Notes under the pieces: model-generated
The model's input: only the letters and a program-made list of their open reading frames with translations
Database searches by the model: none
Told to the model about the DNA's origin: nothing
Shown: positions 39,400 through 49,181 of the stretch, piece after piece
How the letters are laid out: every line of letters begins with the position of its first letter
Position numbering within the stretch: the stretch's first letter is position 1
From: Gammaproteobacteria bacterium
GTDB lineage: Bacteria > Pseudomonadota > Gammaproteobacteria > Ga0077536
Assembly (NCBI GenBank): GCA_963662545.2
Contig: CAXXLL010000003.1
Span: 192,001-256,000, forward strand
Direction of reading: 5' to 3'
Length of the DNA stretch: 64,000 bases
Translations under genes and position numbers: made by a program

Positions 39400-40611
39400 C
39401 TATTTACGCTTGACCACCAGATCGACGTTTGTGCCGCGGTCGAGCCGTGTCGCCATCAGCCTGAACACGATCCGAAATGGCTCGGTGAGAAACCAATGAA
39501 AGGGAGCACGAATCATTTTGAGTTCCAACTGCATTTCGCGGAACTTCTTATCCGATTTATGGAGCGCCAAATCCCGTGCAAGAAGTTTGTCGTTCCACAT
39601 TCGGGCGTGCAACCGAACCTGCTCTACGGTGCTCTCCATTTCATGTACGCGAATTTTCAACGCCTCGAGTTGCGTATCGAAGGCGAATACACCATCGACT
39701 GGAACGATGTCATAGACTTCACGCGCAAAAGCCGCCAAATCGAACAGGGGCTCAACCGTTCCCGTGTCCGTATTCACCAGCCTCAGCTCCGCCGTCTTCA
39801 GATCGATCTCCTCGTCGACGATCGTGTTTTTGCTGCGTGATACCCTGCGTTTCTCGCTTATCCCGACTACGATGCGATCGCCCAGGCGTGTAATGCCGCG
39901 TGTGTAACCGCCGATCCGAATATCCTTGACGACCTGCCAGGCTCCGTCATCAGCGCGTTCACAGACGTAAACCTTCTCGTCACCGGATTCCGCAAAATAG
40001 AGTTTGCCGTCGAGGATCGTGGGGCTGTGCGGTTGACGAAGCCGCTCGCGAATCGGCGCAAACGGGTCGACGTAGAACAGTCGACCTTTCATTCCCCAGC
40101 TTCCGTCGCCCGTTTTGGGCCCGAAACAGGTCGCTATCAGCCCGTCTTCGGCGGCCGCGATCCCGTTGAGATGAATTTCGTCCGCATCTTGGCCGACCCC
40201 TGGATAGCGCCAATATAATTCCTGTTCGCCCAGTTCCCTGCCGTTTACGGAAACCCGGTGTATTTCATTTGTACCGGTACTCGTTATATAGATGTGGTTC
40301 TGGTAGAAAGCAATTGAATGTGGATCTCTTACGCCCTCCAATTGGATAACTGAAATCGGCTCTGGCGACACAAGGTCCAAAATGGCGAGCAGTGGTGTTT
40401 CCATACTTTGGGTGCATAAGGCGATCGCATCACCGATCCGGCAAACGCCGGCGGTGCCACCGAGATCACGTGTACCCTCATCCGGGATCCAGTCGAGGTT
40501 GACCCACGTGATCCGTCCAGTGCCCGTTTCCAGTATGCACGTAGAGTGCAACAGCGAAGATTTCTGGTTACAGAATGTTAGAAGGACCGTGTCTCTGTTA
40601 GGCTCTTTCAC
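39400..40611 (-). CDS. DUF4915/TIGR03032-like beta-propeller protein with C-terminal coiled coil
   Basis: DPHSI, HLNGI, QPHSP, GYTRGI, EVYDIV motifs; helical tail ending FHWFLTEPFR. Confidence 0.65.
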   Translation of the reverse strand: MKEPNRDTVLLTFCNQKSSLLHSTCILETGTGRITWVNLDWIPDEGTRDLGGTAGVCRIGDAIALCTQSMETPLLAILDLVSPEPISVIQLEGVRDPHSIAFYQNHIYITSTGTNEIHRVSVNGRELGEQELYWRYPGVGQDADEIHLNGIAAAEDGLIATCFGPKTGDGSWGMKGRLFYVDPFAPIRERLRQPHSPTILDGKLYFAESGDEKVYVCERADDGAWQVVKDIRIGGYTRGITRLGDRIVVGISEKRRVSRSKNTIVDEEIDLKTAELRLVNTDTGTVEPLFDLAAFAREVYDIVPVDGVFAFDTQLEALKIRVHEMESTVEQVRLHARMWNDKLLARDLALHKSDKKFREMQLELKMIRAPFHWFLTEPFRIVFRLMATRLDRGTNVDLVVKRK

Positions 40612-40682
40612 AACCTGTTACCTTGATCGCTTCTTCTTAGAAAGCATCCAAGAACGACCAGGCACCAATTCATTGAGACGCT

Positions 40683-41411
40683 TCATGCACCGGTGACGCG
40701 AATGCCGTAGGTTTCTGAAAGTTCCAGTGCCCGATTCCTTGCGGATGCCACGAGCGCGTAGTCCCTTTCGTGCAAATCTCTGAACCATTCATACGTTTCA
40801 TCCGACACGTTGTAGGCCGCACGCGGGTAGCGCCGCGCAGGGTTCACATTGGTTTCGGAAATTTCAGGCATTTCGCCGGATATACCAAGGATCTTGCCCA
40901 ACAACTCGATTCCGGCTTCGTACCATTCGGTGATCCCAACAAAATCGAAATCGTCGATATCGCACTCCCCGATGAAGACGCGTTGTAAATTCTGAATCGC
41001 GGGGTCTCTTGCGAATCCTTCGAAATTCATCCCCTGCGCCGCGACCCTTTGATAAACCGGGTGATCCGGATTAGGCAAACGGCACCAGTAGTTGAAATGG
41101 GATATCGCCCGCTGAAGCGGATCACGCAACCACACCAGCTTGAGGGTTTCGTCGCATACGCTATCGTACTTTACGGCACTGAAATGTCCGTGTACGCAAT
41201 TCACGAGACGCTCTGACCCATCTACTTTGACGTAGCAATGCTTATCTCTCTCGATGATCGTGGGCGCCGAATTCTTGCCAATGATCGGAATGTCATCGTA
41301 GTCAGCGTAATACTCATCATTGAATATATTGTGCAGAAGGCGATAGAAGCTTGATCCACCAGTCTTCGGTATGTGTACGGAAATAACAAGCATCGGCACG
41401 CGCGGGGCCAA
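40683..41411 (-). CDS. Sulfotransferase (family 2)
   Basis: HIPKTGGSS PAPS loop, HGHF, LRDPLQRAISHFNY, FVGITE. Confidence 0.85.
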   Translation of the reverse strand: MAPRVPMLVISVHIPKTGGSSFYRLLHNIFNDEYYADYDDIPIIGKNSAPTIIERDKHCYVKVDGSERLVNCVHGHFSAVKYDSVCDETLKLVWLRDPLQRAISHFNYWCRLPNPDHPVYQRVAAQGMNFEGFARDPAIQNLQRVFIGECDIDDFDFVGITEWYEAGIELLGKILGISGEMPEISETNVNPARRYPRAAYNVSDETYEWFRDLHERDYALVASARNRALELSETYGIRVTGA

Positions 41412-42818
41412 CTACGGCGCTGCGACACTCAGCTCTGGCATGTAACAGAAATCTACGACGCCCGTGGAAAACACCACGCTTCGCTTATTAACCCGGAACG
41501 CAAGCGCATCAATGATCCGGTGTAGGCTTCGCGCTTCGTGGTTTCGAACGTGGCAATTCATAAAATACACGCCTACGTTTAGTGCGCATTGAAATTCGAA
41601 GGAAATGACCGCTTGCTGTCCATTATGGAACTTGATTCCAGGGGATTCGGAATCAGGATATTGACCTCCGCCCAGATTAATTCCAGATTTCGTTCCAATC
41701 ATCGTATAAAAGTGGACGCTACCGGGATCTTCATCAAAAACGACATCGAAACAGAATCGGTAACGCTCCCCATTTACGAGACAGTTTACCTGCTGTCCGG
41801 ATTTATCCAGCAGTCGGGGATTGCTAATTTCAGCTCCGCTGGGGCGATAAGAAATTGTACTTTTAGACACGAGGTGCGGATCGAAATCTGGTTTGTTGAA
41901 TTTGAAATCGGATTCCGTAAGATCGGAAATGGCATCGCTAAAACTTGGAGTCAAGGACCGCAATTCCCGGCCTTGGACATCCATGTTCTCTACAGCCGGA
42001 CCACTATCGTCGTGCACTGGCGATGCAGCATCCTTTTCACGGATTTCGGCGCAGATTTCGTCATTATATTCGGACGGAGAGTTGATCAACTTTTGGTATA
42101 GACCTATTGCCTCCTTTGGGTTGCCCGTATACAGCCGCTGACCCGAGTGCAGTAGCACTGCGCGGTCGCAAAGTTCGACAACGGCTTTTGGTGAATGAGA
42201 AACGAAAAGGATGGTTCCGTCGCCGCCCCTGATCTGCTCAATGCGCGCATGACACTTGCGCTTGAAAGCCTCGTCACCGACGGCGAGTACTTCGTCCACC
42301 AAAAGAATGTCCGGTTCAACACTAATCGCCACGGCGAACGCCAAACGCGCGTACATGCCACTCGAGTACGTCTTTACCGGTTGATTGATAAAATCTCCAA
42401 TGTCAGCGAACGCTTCAATTTCGGCGAATCTTTCGTTGATCTCGCCCTCCTCATATCCTCGTATCGCGCCGCTCACAAATACGTTTTCGCGCCCTGTAAA
42501 GTGCGGATTGAACCCCGCCCCGAGTTCGAGCAAGGCCGATACCCGGCCGCTGACCATGATTTCGCCTTGCGTTTGAGTTAGGTTTCCGCAGACCAACTGC
42601 AATAGTGTCGATTTACCCGATCCGTTGGCGCCGATGACGCCTACGGTCTCACCCCGCCGGACTTCCAGTGAAACGTCGCGGAGCGCCCAGAAATCGCGGT
42701 AATACTTGCGGCGGCCGCGTAGTAACATCTGTTTGAGCCGGTCTTTCGGCTTGCCGAATAAGGCATAGGCCTTGCTTAGGTCGGTGGCACGGATGGCGAC
42801 TTCAGACGACATCCGCAA
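41412..42818 (-). CDS. wzt: Polysaccharide ABC exporter ATPase with C-terminal carbohydrate-binding domain
   Basis: FWALRDVS, GANGSGKST, LLELGAGF, YSSGMYARLAF, VDEVLAVGD, VSH; Wzt_C-like tail. Confidence 0.93.
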   Translation of the reverse strand: MRMSSEVAIRATDLSKAYALFGKPKDRLKQMLLRGRRKYYRDFWALRDVSLEVRRGETVGVIGANGSGKSTLLQLVCGNLTQTQGEIMVSGRVSALLELGAGFNPHFTGRENVFVSGAIRGYEEGEINERFAEIEAFADIGDFINQPVKTYSSGMYARLAFAVAISVEPDILLVDEVLAVGDEAFKRKCHARIEQIRGGDGTILFVSHSPKAVVELCDRAVLLHSGQRLYTGNPKEAIGLYQKLINSPSEYNDEICAEIREKDAASPVHDDSGPAVENMDVQGRELRSLTPSFSDAISDLTESDFKFNKPDFDPHLVSKSTISYRPSGAEISNPRLLDKSGQQVNCLVNGERYRFCFDVVFDEDPGSVHFYTMIGTKSGINLGGGQYPDSESPGIKFHNGQQAVISFEFQCALNVGVYFMNCHVRNHEARSLHRIIDALAFRVNKRSVVFSTGVVDFCYMPELSVAAP

Positions 42819-43707
42819 ATCCCCGCTTGGTTATGGTAAACCACGAGAGCCCTAGCCAAGCGATAACTACGGCGACGACGAGATATACGAACAGGCCCGA
42901 AAAATCGGGCGACAGACCGCGCAGCATAGCGTTACGTGTTTGCTCGATGATGTATGCGAGTGGATTCAAGTACATTAGGCCCTGCAGCTTTTCCGGCAGC
43001 GCCGTCACGGGATAAAAAATGGGGCTCGCAAACAGCATTACCGGGACTATAACCCCCACGATCTGACGAGCATCCATAATGAATACACCGACCGACGACA
43101 GAAACCACATAGCGCCTATCGTCATCAGTGCCAGGGGAAGCAATATGACCGGCAGCCACAAGACGGTTAAGTGGGGCACTCCAACCAGTAGCGAATACGC
43201 GAGAACTAACACGACGCCACTGACTATCGTGTTAAACAGTGCACTGCCCAGGACGACCCAGGGCAAGATCTCCAACGGGAAAACGATACGCTTGATGTAC
43301 GGGACGTTCTCGAGCATCAATCCCGGTGCACGGCTGATACACTCCGAAAACAATTGGAATACAAGAAGCCCGGCGAACAGAACAAGCGCGAATTCCCCGC
43401 GGTTACCCACGCCGACAGCCCACCGCGCCTGGAAGACCACGCTGAATACGAATGTATAGACCGATAACATCAACACAGGCGTCAAGAAAGACCAGGCTAG
43501 GCCAAATATGGATCCGCGGTACCGGCCCACGATTTCGCGCTTGACGAGTCGGTGGATCAACCGACGATCGTTCCACAGCGTCAGGAAGACGTAATGCGGC
43601 CCGTTTTGACCGAAGGAAAGCTGCGGGGGCTCCGATGTGCGGATAACCGTCGGCCGCTGCGAATCTCCCGATACGCGTTGAGCTTCGCTACCTTCCGGCA
43701 GCATCAT
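42802..43707 (-). CDS. wzm: Polysaccharide ABC exporter permease
   Basis: KREIVGRYRGSIFGLAWSFLTP, YIKRIVFP, SPIFYP, LNPL, C-terminal FADVV. Confidence 0.93.
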   Translation of the reverse strand: MMLPEGSEAQRVSGDSQRPTVIRTSEPPQLSFGQNGPHYVFLTLWNDRRLIHRLVKREIVGRYRGSIFGLAWSFLTPVLMLSVYTFVFSVVFQARWAVGVGNRGEFALVLFAGLLVFQLFSECISRAPGLMLENVPYIKRIVFPLEILPWVVLGSALFNTIVSGVVLVLAYSLLVGVPHLTVLWLPVILLPLALMTIGAMWFLSSVGVFIMDARQIVGVIVPVMLFASPIFYPVTALPEKLQGLMYLNPLAYIIEQTRNAMLRGLSPDFSGLFVYLVVAVVIAWLGLSWFTITKRGFADVV

Positions 43708-43924
43708 AATTCCGGTCCGCGTATCGTAGTTCGCGTACCGATCGCTCCACTCTCGATTATGACGAGTGCACCCGTTTCAATCATTCAATTCTCATGAGAT
43801 TGGTGTGGTTCTATCCGGATGCGGTACGTCTTTAGTCACGACCCTGCGAACTTCACTTAATATCACTTCTATCTCATGCGTCATGCTGCATCCCGTGGAT
43901 GCAGTTCGCGCAATCTCGCTTCGC

Positions 43925-43969
43925 GTTCAGTTTTTGAACACTATACAGTGTAGGCAATCGACGCGTCAA
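43925..43969 (-). promoter_or_regulatory. Sigma70-like promoter for the wzm operon with adjacent palindrome
   Basis: Minus strand TTGACG-N18-TATAGT (43969-43940), followed directly by GTTCA-N5-TGAAC (43925-43939). Confidence 0.5.
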
Positions 43970-44466
43970 CCGGCCGATGCATATCCGCACGGCGTCGCTT
44001 CAGAAAAAGATTTCGTTGTCGGACCGTCGGCGCGTGGAACATACCGCATCACGCCACGCATTCCTCGGACAGCCGAAATACCGCGCCCTCGCGATCGCCT
44101 GCGATCAGCAAATCGATCACTCGGCATGACCCTAACAGGTTGGTGAAAAATGTCTTCCTGACATTTTTTTCACCTCGCTTTAACGAAAACGCAGTTTCCG
44201 TTGCGCTCCATCCATCGAGCACTTACGTGCTCGACGGATGCCGGATACGCCCGGAATATTCCGATTGCGCGTTCTGGGAAGTGAGTATCAGCGGATTCTC
44301 AGCGCGCACCACCGAAATGCCAGAGGCGCGCGCTTCCAAGAGTCTGCCCGCCCTTACTCGAACATCAGCTGTACGAACCTTTGTACTTACGATACGCGGC
44401 GGTTATGATCCCGCCGATCTCCAGCCCCCTGATTGACCTTAATTCAAGTAAGAAAACACGCTATCG

Positions 44467-45981
44467 ATGGTCAAGATCCTTGGAATATCGGCGAGTCTTC
44501 GTAACGCTCGATTCGGCGCCGGCGGCACCAAGCTGACAGACGATCTCGCGGCGTTGGAATCGCGTGAAAGTTTTGTGCAATTCCTGTCGGATCAAACGAG
44601 GATCCTCCTCGAGGAGTTTTTTGACCAAGGACGAAGCGAAGGTCTCGACTTCGAATCGATGTACCGGCGGCTCCGCGGTTCTTCCGGAGATCGGGGTCTA
44701 AGCAACTCGGAAGGTACGCTTGCCGCCGCCCTCTGGGGTGCCAGCCGGGAAGGTGCCGAAATCCGCTACCTGGGACTCGGTCATCATTTTCGCGGTGACG
44801 GTTCGGTCGCCAACATCGATGCGGTGCGTGACGCGATCCTGTGGGCCGACGGCATTATCCTCTCAGGACCCGTTTACTTCGGCGACCGTGGCTCGCTCGC
44901 GCAATCCCTAGTCGAGTTTCTCCACGCGGACGCGCGGTGTCGTGCCCATATCCGCAACAAGGTCTACGGCGGCGTGACCGTCGGCGCCAAACGCAATGGG
45001 GGTCAGGAAACGACACTTATTTATCAGCTCGTCGACATGACTAATCTCGGCATGCTCGCGGTCGGCAACGGCAGCGAGACTACCTCGCAGTACGGGGGAA
45101 CTGCCGTCGCGGGGGATGTTGGCACGATCCATCTGGACGACTATGGTATAGAAACCTCGATTAGCACAGGCGCTCGCGTCGCCCGGGTCACGAAACTTTC
45201 CGCCCTGGGAATTGCTGCTCGCATCTCCGATCCCGTACGCATTGGCGTGTGGTTGCTACAAGACAGTCCCGACCATCGTGGACGTGAACTTATCAGCGAA
45301 CTCACAACGTCATGGAGCAGCGAGGGCGATAACGTCGAGTTCGAGATTCTCGATGGCCCGGCGGAACCGATTCACCGATGCATCGCATGCGACATTTGTC
45401 CGATCGACGTCGGGCCACCGGAGGAGTACCGCTGCATTATTAAGAGCAAGGATGATCTGTTCAAAAAGCGACATGTTCAACTGGCGTCCGTTGACGCTCT
45501 GCTGATCGCGGCCTACAGCCCGCGTGATCGGAGGGACATACTCAGCGTTTACCAGACATTTATTGAACGCACGCGCTATTTGCGGAGGGATCATTACCTG
45601 CTGGGGGATCTCTTCGTTGCGCCGCTGGTAATCAGCGAGATCGGCGCCAACCAAAACTTGCACATCCGGATCCTGACGTCCATGGTCCGGCACCACACGA
45701 TCCTTCACCATGCCCTGATCGGCTTTGAACAGGATCGACGTCTGCTCAACCAGCAGGATCTCGAGGAGGGTGGGAAACACTTCGCCAAGCTTGCAGTTCA
45801 AATTACCGCAGGCCGGCTGCGGCAGGCGCAGGCCGCGGGAAAGGACGTCTATCAACCAGTCGGTTATGTGGTGAGCGAAGAGAAGCTTAAAGCGGATCGA
45901 GAAGACGGGAAATTGGAGAAAGCACTCGAAGCGCGCGATGCAGTACGCAAGCGCGATAGGCGACGAATCATTGCCGGATAA
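44467..45981 (+). CDS. Tandem flavodoxin-fold (iron-sulfur flavoprotein / FMN reductase-like) protein
   Basis: Domain 1: KILGISASLR, ADGIILSGPVYFG, NKVYGGVTVGAKRNGGQETT; domain 2: CIACDIC...YRC, YQTFIER. Confidence 0.8.
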   Translation: MVKILGISASLRNARFGAGGTKLTDDLAALESRESFVQFLSDQTRILLEEFFDQGRSEGLDFESMYRRLRGSSGDRGLSNSEGTLAAALWGASREGAEIRYLGLGHHFRGDGSVANIDAVRDAILWADGIILSGPVYFGDRGSLAQSLVEFLHADARCRAHIRNKVYGGVTVGAKRNGGQETTLIYQLVDMTNLGMLAVGNGSETTSQYGGTAVAGDVGTIHLDDYGIETSISTGARVARVTKLSALGIAARISDPVRIGVWLLQDSPDHRGRELISELTTSWSSEGDNVEFEILDGPAEPIHRCIACDICPIDVGPPEEYRCIIKSKDDLFKKRHVQLASVDALLIAAYSPRDRRDILSVYQTFIERTRYLRRDHYLLGDLFVAPLVISEIGANQNLHIRILTSMVRHHTILHHALIGFEQDRRLLNQQDLEEGGKHFAKLAVQITAGRLRQAQAAGKDVYQPVGYVVSEEKLKADREDGKLEKALEARDAVRKRDRRRIIAG

Positions 45982-46036
45982 GCGCAGCCACAGCGCCGCC
46001 GCCCGATTTCTTCCCGTGAGTGCCCGCAACATACTG

Positions 46037-46144
46037 ATGGCGGTAGCATCGGTCGCCGGATGGTTCGTGCTCGAAGGTGCCGTCCTGGTCGCGCTCTACC
46101 TCGCCTCGGTCGACCTCGAGATGTTCCGGTATGCCGGTTTTTGA
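46037..46144 (+). CDS. DltX-like membrane micropeptide (acyl-shuttle motif FxYxxF); start may be further upstream (45971 or 46016)
   Basis: MAVASVAGWFVLEGAVLVALYLASVDLEMFRYAGF*: one TM helix and terminal FRYAGF; overlaps start of next gene. Confidence 0.72.
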   Translation: MAVASVAGWFVLEGAVLVALYLASVDLEMFRYAGF

Positions 46145-47207
46145 GGCTCGCGACGCCGGACAGGGGATCGCTCCGATCCTTGCTGCCGCCGCACTGTGGG
46201 CACTCCTCTGTTGGTGGTTAAACCAGAGTATATCGCTCGACCTGATACGCGGCACGCCGATGGGTCCATGGCTGGCAGACATCAGGGATGACCACACGCG
46301 CATCGCGCACCGACTGGCCAATATGAACTACGAGGAGCCGATGGTACTCATCGTGGGCGGTTCGTCGTTTCGCGAAGCATTTGACTCGGACTGGATTCTA
46401 GAGCGCAGAATGCGGGAAGTGCTCGGTCGCGGAATCAATGTGGAAAAGCTGTGCAGCGCCTCGCAATCGCTGTTTGAAAGTTTCGCGATACTTCTCGAAG
46501 CGATGCGGGACAACCGGCTTGCACCCGGGAGCGTGGCTATAATCGGAATGAATCCGCATCGATACGCATCGGGCCGTGAAGAGGTAATCGCGAAGGTGCG
46601 TGCGCCGTTGATTCCTTTCCTCGATCACCGTGGCGCCGCGGAGCGGGTGATCGAGAACGAATCGATTCCCGGTAGATTTCGCCTGCTGACGCAGAGGGGA
46701 GTTGCGCGGCACTGGATCGAGCAACGTCTCCGCAACAGCCGCAACTGGCTGGACGGCGATTGGCTTGCTCCCCTCCCGTATCTCGAATATGCCTGGCCGG
46801 ACCGCCCCCTGCCGACGAACGAAAAGCATAAACACGCCCATGCCGTAGCATCGTGGCTGGGGAAGGATTTCGAAGGAAGCCACGATTTCGCCCAAAACGT
46901 TGCGCGCCAACTCGTTGCAAGTTTGCGAGATGAAGATATCGAGGTTGTCATGCTTCAATTGCCGCGAGATTCGCGCATCGTGGATGTTTACCAACCGTAT
47001 GCCGAAACGTACGAAACGCATCTGGCCGAACTCTACGAACTAGGCGCACGTCCGTGGGATCTGCGGACACTGGGCTTGGACGACGACGCGTTTTCGGACC
47101 TGTTTCACGTACGGCCTGGCGCGCCCCGCGATGCCCTGACCACCGTATTCATCCAACGCTTGACCCGGCTCCTTGGCGGGTCTGAAGGGACTCCCCTTGG
47201 ACGCTGA
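46131..47207 (+). CDS. DltD/AlgJ-like SGNH-fold periplasmic acyltransferase
   Basis: N-terminal TM, LIVGGSS catalytic-Ser block, FSDLFH (DxxH) near C-terminus. Confidence 0.7.
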   Translation: MPVFEARDAGQGIAPILAAAALWALLCWWLNQSISLDLIRGTPMGPWLADIRDDHTRIAHRLANMNYEEPMVLIVGGSSFREAFDSDWILERRMREVLGRGINVEKLCSASQSLFESFAILLEAMRDNRLAPGSVAIIGMNPHRYASGREEVIAKVRAPLIPFLDHRGAAERVIENESIPGRFRLLTQRGVARHWIEQRLRNSRNWLDGDWLAPLPYLEYAWPDRPLPTNEKHKHAHAVASWLGKDFEGSHDFAQNVARQLVASLRDEDIEVVMLQLPRDSRIVDVYQPYAETYETHLAELYELGARPWDLRTLGLDDDAFSDLFHVRPGAPRDALTTVFIQRLTRLLGGSEGTPLGR

Positions 47208-47457
47208 TACGATTCAAAATGAGCTGCGAAAGTTTCTGGTCGATGAACTCGGTATCGAAGAGCGGGAGCTCGACCCGGCCAGCCGCTTGATCACCACCGG
47301 AATCATCGATTCCATGGATATGCTGATGCTTGTTGCATTTGTGGAGAATAATTTCGGTCTCACGATCAAAGCACTCGACGTCAGCGTCGAGGAGTTCGAT
47401 AGTCTCGATAGACTGGCAGAGTTCGTTCTGCATCGTGCCACCGCATCTCTGGGCTGA
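47197..47457 (+). CDS. Acyl carrier protein (DltC-like)
   Basis: 86 aa acidic protein; GIIDSMDML phosphopantetheine site; EEFDSLDRLA; TTG start with GAAGGGA upstream. Confidence 0.88.
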   Translation: MDADTIQNELRKFLVDELGIEERELDPASRLITTGIIDSMDMLMLVAFVENNFGLTIKALDVSVEEFDSLDRLAEFVLHRATASLG

Positions 47458-47488
47458 ACAGTTGCAAACCGGGAGCGTCAACATAGCG

Positions 47489-49165
47489 GTGGATGCAGAA
47501 ACAAAGCCGTCGGCGCCGCAATCGAACACATTGCGGGCGTGGAGTCTCATTGCGCTGCTGTTCATCGTCATCGTGCTACTCGAAGGATTGACTGGCGACC
47601 GCTCCGAACTGCGTTTCCAGGGAGGCAAACCCTCCTTCCCGCTGATCCTGTCGGCAACCGGCGCTCCTCTGGAGATCCATTTCAAATCTGGTCCACGCGA
47701 GGAACTGGTTATTGCGGAGGGCATAGGTACGACGCGACTGCAGCGCGATCCCAGCCGCGCAAAGGACGCGGGGTACGAAGTGCGCAGCCTGGACGACGGT
47801 ACGGTCCGCACGCGTCTTTCCTTTCGACGGTCTCCTACTCAGAAGACGGTTTCACTGCGGCCGCCGTCCGGCATCGAAGCCATGCGCCTCGATTCCTTCG
47901 ACCTTCGAGTGGTCAAATCCACGCGCGCGACTATCGGCGGTTACGAAGCGCTCGGCTGGCTGGTGGTTGTCTGCTTTGCGTGCATTCCTGTCGTCTGCCT
48001 GTTAGGGCGTTCCCCCGTGTTCAGTCAATGGGTGTTTGCTGCCTCCACGCTGACCTGGATGTTGTTTTTTCAGCCGGCGTTCGCGCTTGCGCTGCTCGCT
48101 TTTCTAGTCTTCGTGCACCGGCTTGGGCTCGAGTGTGCACGCAATCATATAACAGGAAAAGGAGCTTCCGCGTGGAACCTACTGCGGCTCGGTGGCGGCA
48201 TGGCGCTGGCATTTCTACTGGTTGGAAAGTACGGCGCCGATGCCGTCGCCGAGCTCTTCGCAAACCCCGGTGGCCTTGCGCTTGCAATGCCACTTGGCAT
48301 TTCATACTTCGTCATCCGAGTTCTCGATACACAGTTGCGCTGGTATCGGGGTGACCTCGTTGACGTAAGCCTGCGCGAATTTCTCGCCTATGTGCTTTTT
48401 CCCGCAACCGTTGCGGCAGGTCCTATTGCGACGCTTCCGGGGTTCCGGAAGGGTTGGCTGGGCCCGGTCAGCCTGTCGGAAATCGGGCCTCCGATACGTC
48501 GTATCCTGCAGGGGATAGCCAAAAAAATCGTATTGGTCCAGATCTTTCTCGGAGGCATGCTGTTCGGCATCGGTCCGGTTGCATTCGATCCCGGGCTCAT
48601 GATTCAGGTGCTGTGGGATCCGATGGGCGTCACCTCCGGACGCATTCTGATGCTGCCATTTCTGATGCTTCTTTATTCCTATCTTGATTTTTCCGCTTAT
48701 AGTGACATAGCGATCGGATTCAGCCGGCTTCTCGGCGTACGAATGGTGGAAAACTTCAACTGGCCAATTCTGGCCAGTGACCTCCAGGAATACTGGCGTC
48801 GATGGCACATGTCGCTATCGGGCTGGTGTCAGCGCAACATCTTCATGCCAGCTACACTGGCGACGCGCAACCAGTTCGTTCCGGCTTATCTCACGATGCT
48901 GGCGGTCGGGCTCTGGCACGCGTTCGCCTTACCTTGGTTTCTATGGGCCTTGCACCATGCGACCGGTCTGATCGTGTTGAGTAAATGGCGGCACCGCCGC
49001 GGGCGCAAACGCGAACTATCGCGCGGGCGAATATGCGCCGGAGTGGGGCTCACCCTGACGTTCGCGGCGGCCGGCTATTCCTTTGCATTCATCGGCGACA
49101 CCGCAACCGCGCTGGCCATATACGGGCGCTTCTGGATCACACTCGTGACACTCGGGCAAATTTAA
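47489..49165 (+). CDS. MBOAT O-acyltransferase (DltB/AlgI family) with N-terminal extension
   Basis: PLGISYF, YLDFSAYSDIAIG, ENFNWP, YWRRWHMSLSGW, GLWH; start uncertain. Confidence 0.88.
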   Translation: MDAETKPSAPQSNTLRAWSLIALLFIVIVLLEGLTGDRSELRFQGGKPSFPLILSATGAPLEIHFKSGPREELVIAEGIGTTRLQRDPSRAKDAGYEVRSLDDGTVRTRLSFRRSPTQKTVSLRPPSGIEAMRLDSFDLRVVKSTRATIGGYEALGWLVVVCFACIPVVCLLGRSPVFSQWVFAASTLTWMLFFQPAFALALLAFLVFVHRLGLECARNHITGKGASAWNLLRLGGGMALAFLLVGKYGADAVAELFANPGGLALAMPLGISYFVIRVLDTQLRWYRGDLVDVSLREFLAYVLFPATVAAGPIATLPGFRKGWLGPVSLSEIGPPIRRILQGIAKKIVLVQIFLGGMLFGIGPVAFDPGLMIQVLWDPMGVTSGRILMLPFLMLLYSYLDFSAYSDIAIGFSRLLGVRMVENFNWPILASDLQEYWRRWHMSLSGWCQRNIFMPATLATRNQFVPAYLTMLAVGLWHAFALPWFLWALHHATGLIVLSKWRHRRGRKRELSRGRICAGVGLTLTFAAAGYSFAFIGDTATALAIYGRFWITLVTLGQI

Positions 49166-49181
49166 CGAATCGGCGCCGTCG

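Noticed and set aside
43766-44436. ORFs 43766..44146 and 44140..44436
   Set aside because: No motifs, weak starts, and located in the divergent promoter region
46039-46050. Second ops-like sequence GGCGGTAGCATC on the plus strand
   Set aside because: Lacks the terminal G of the consensus and lies inside the micropeptide coding sequence; may be chance
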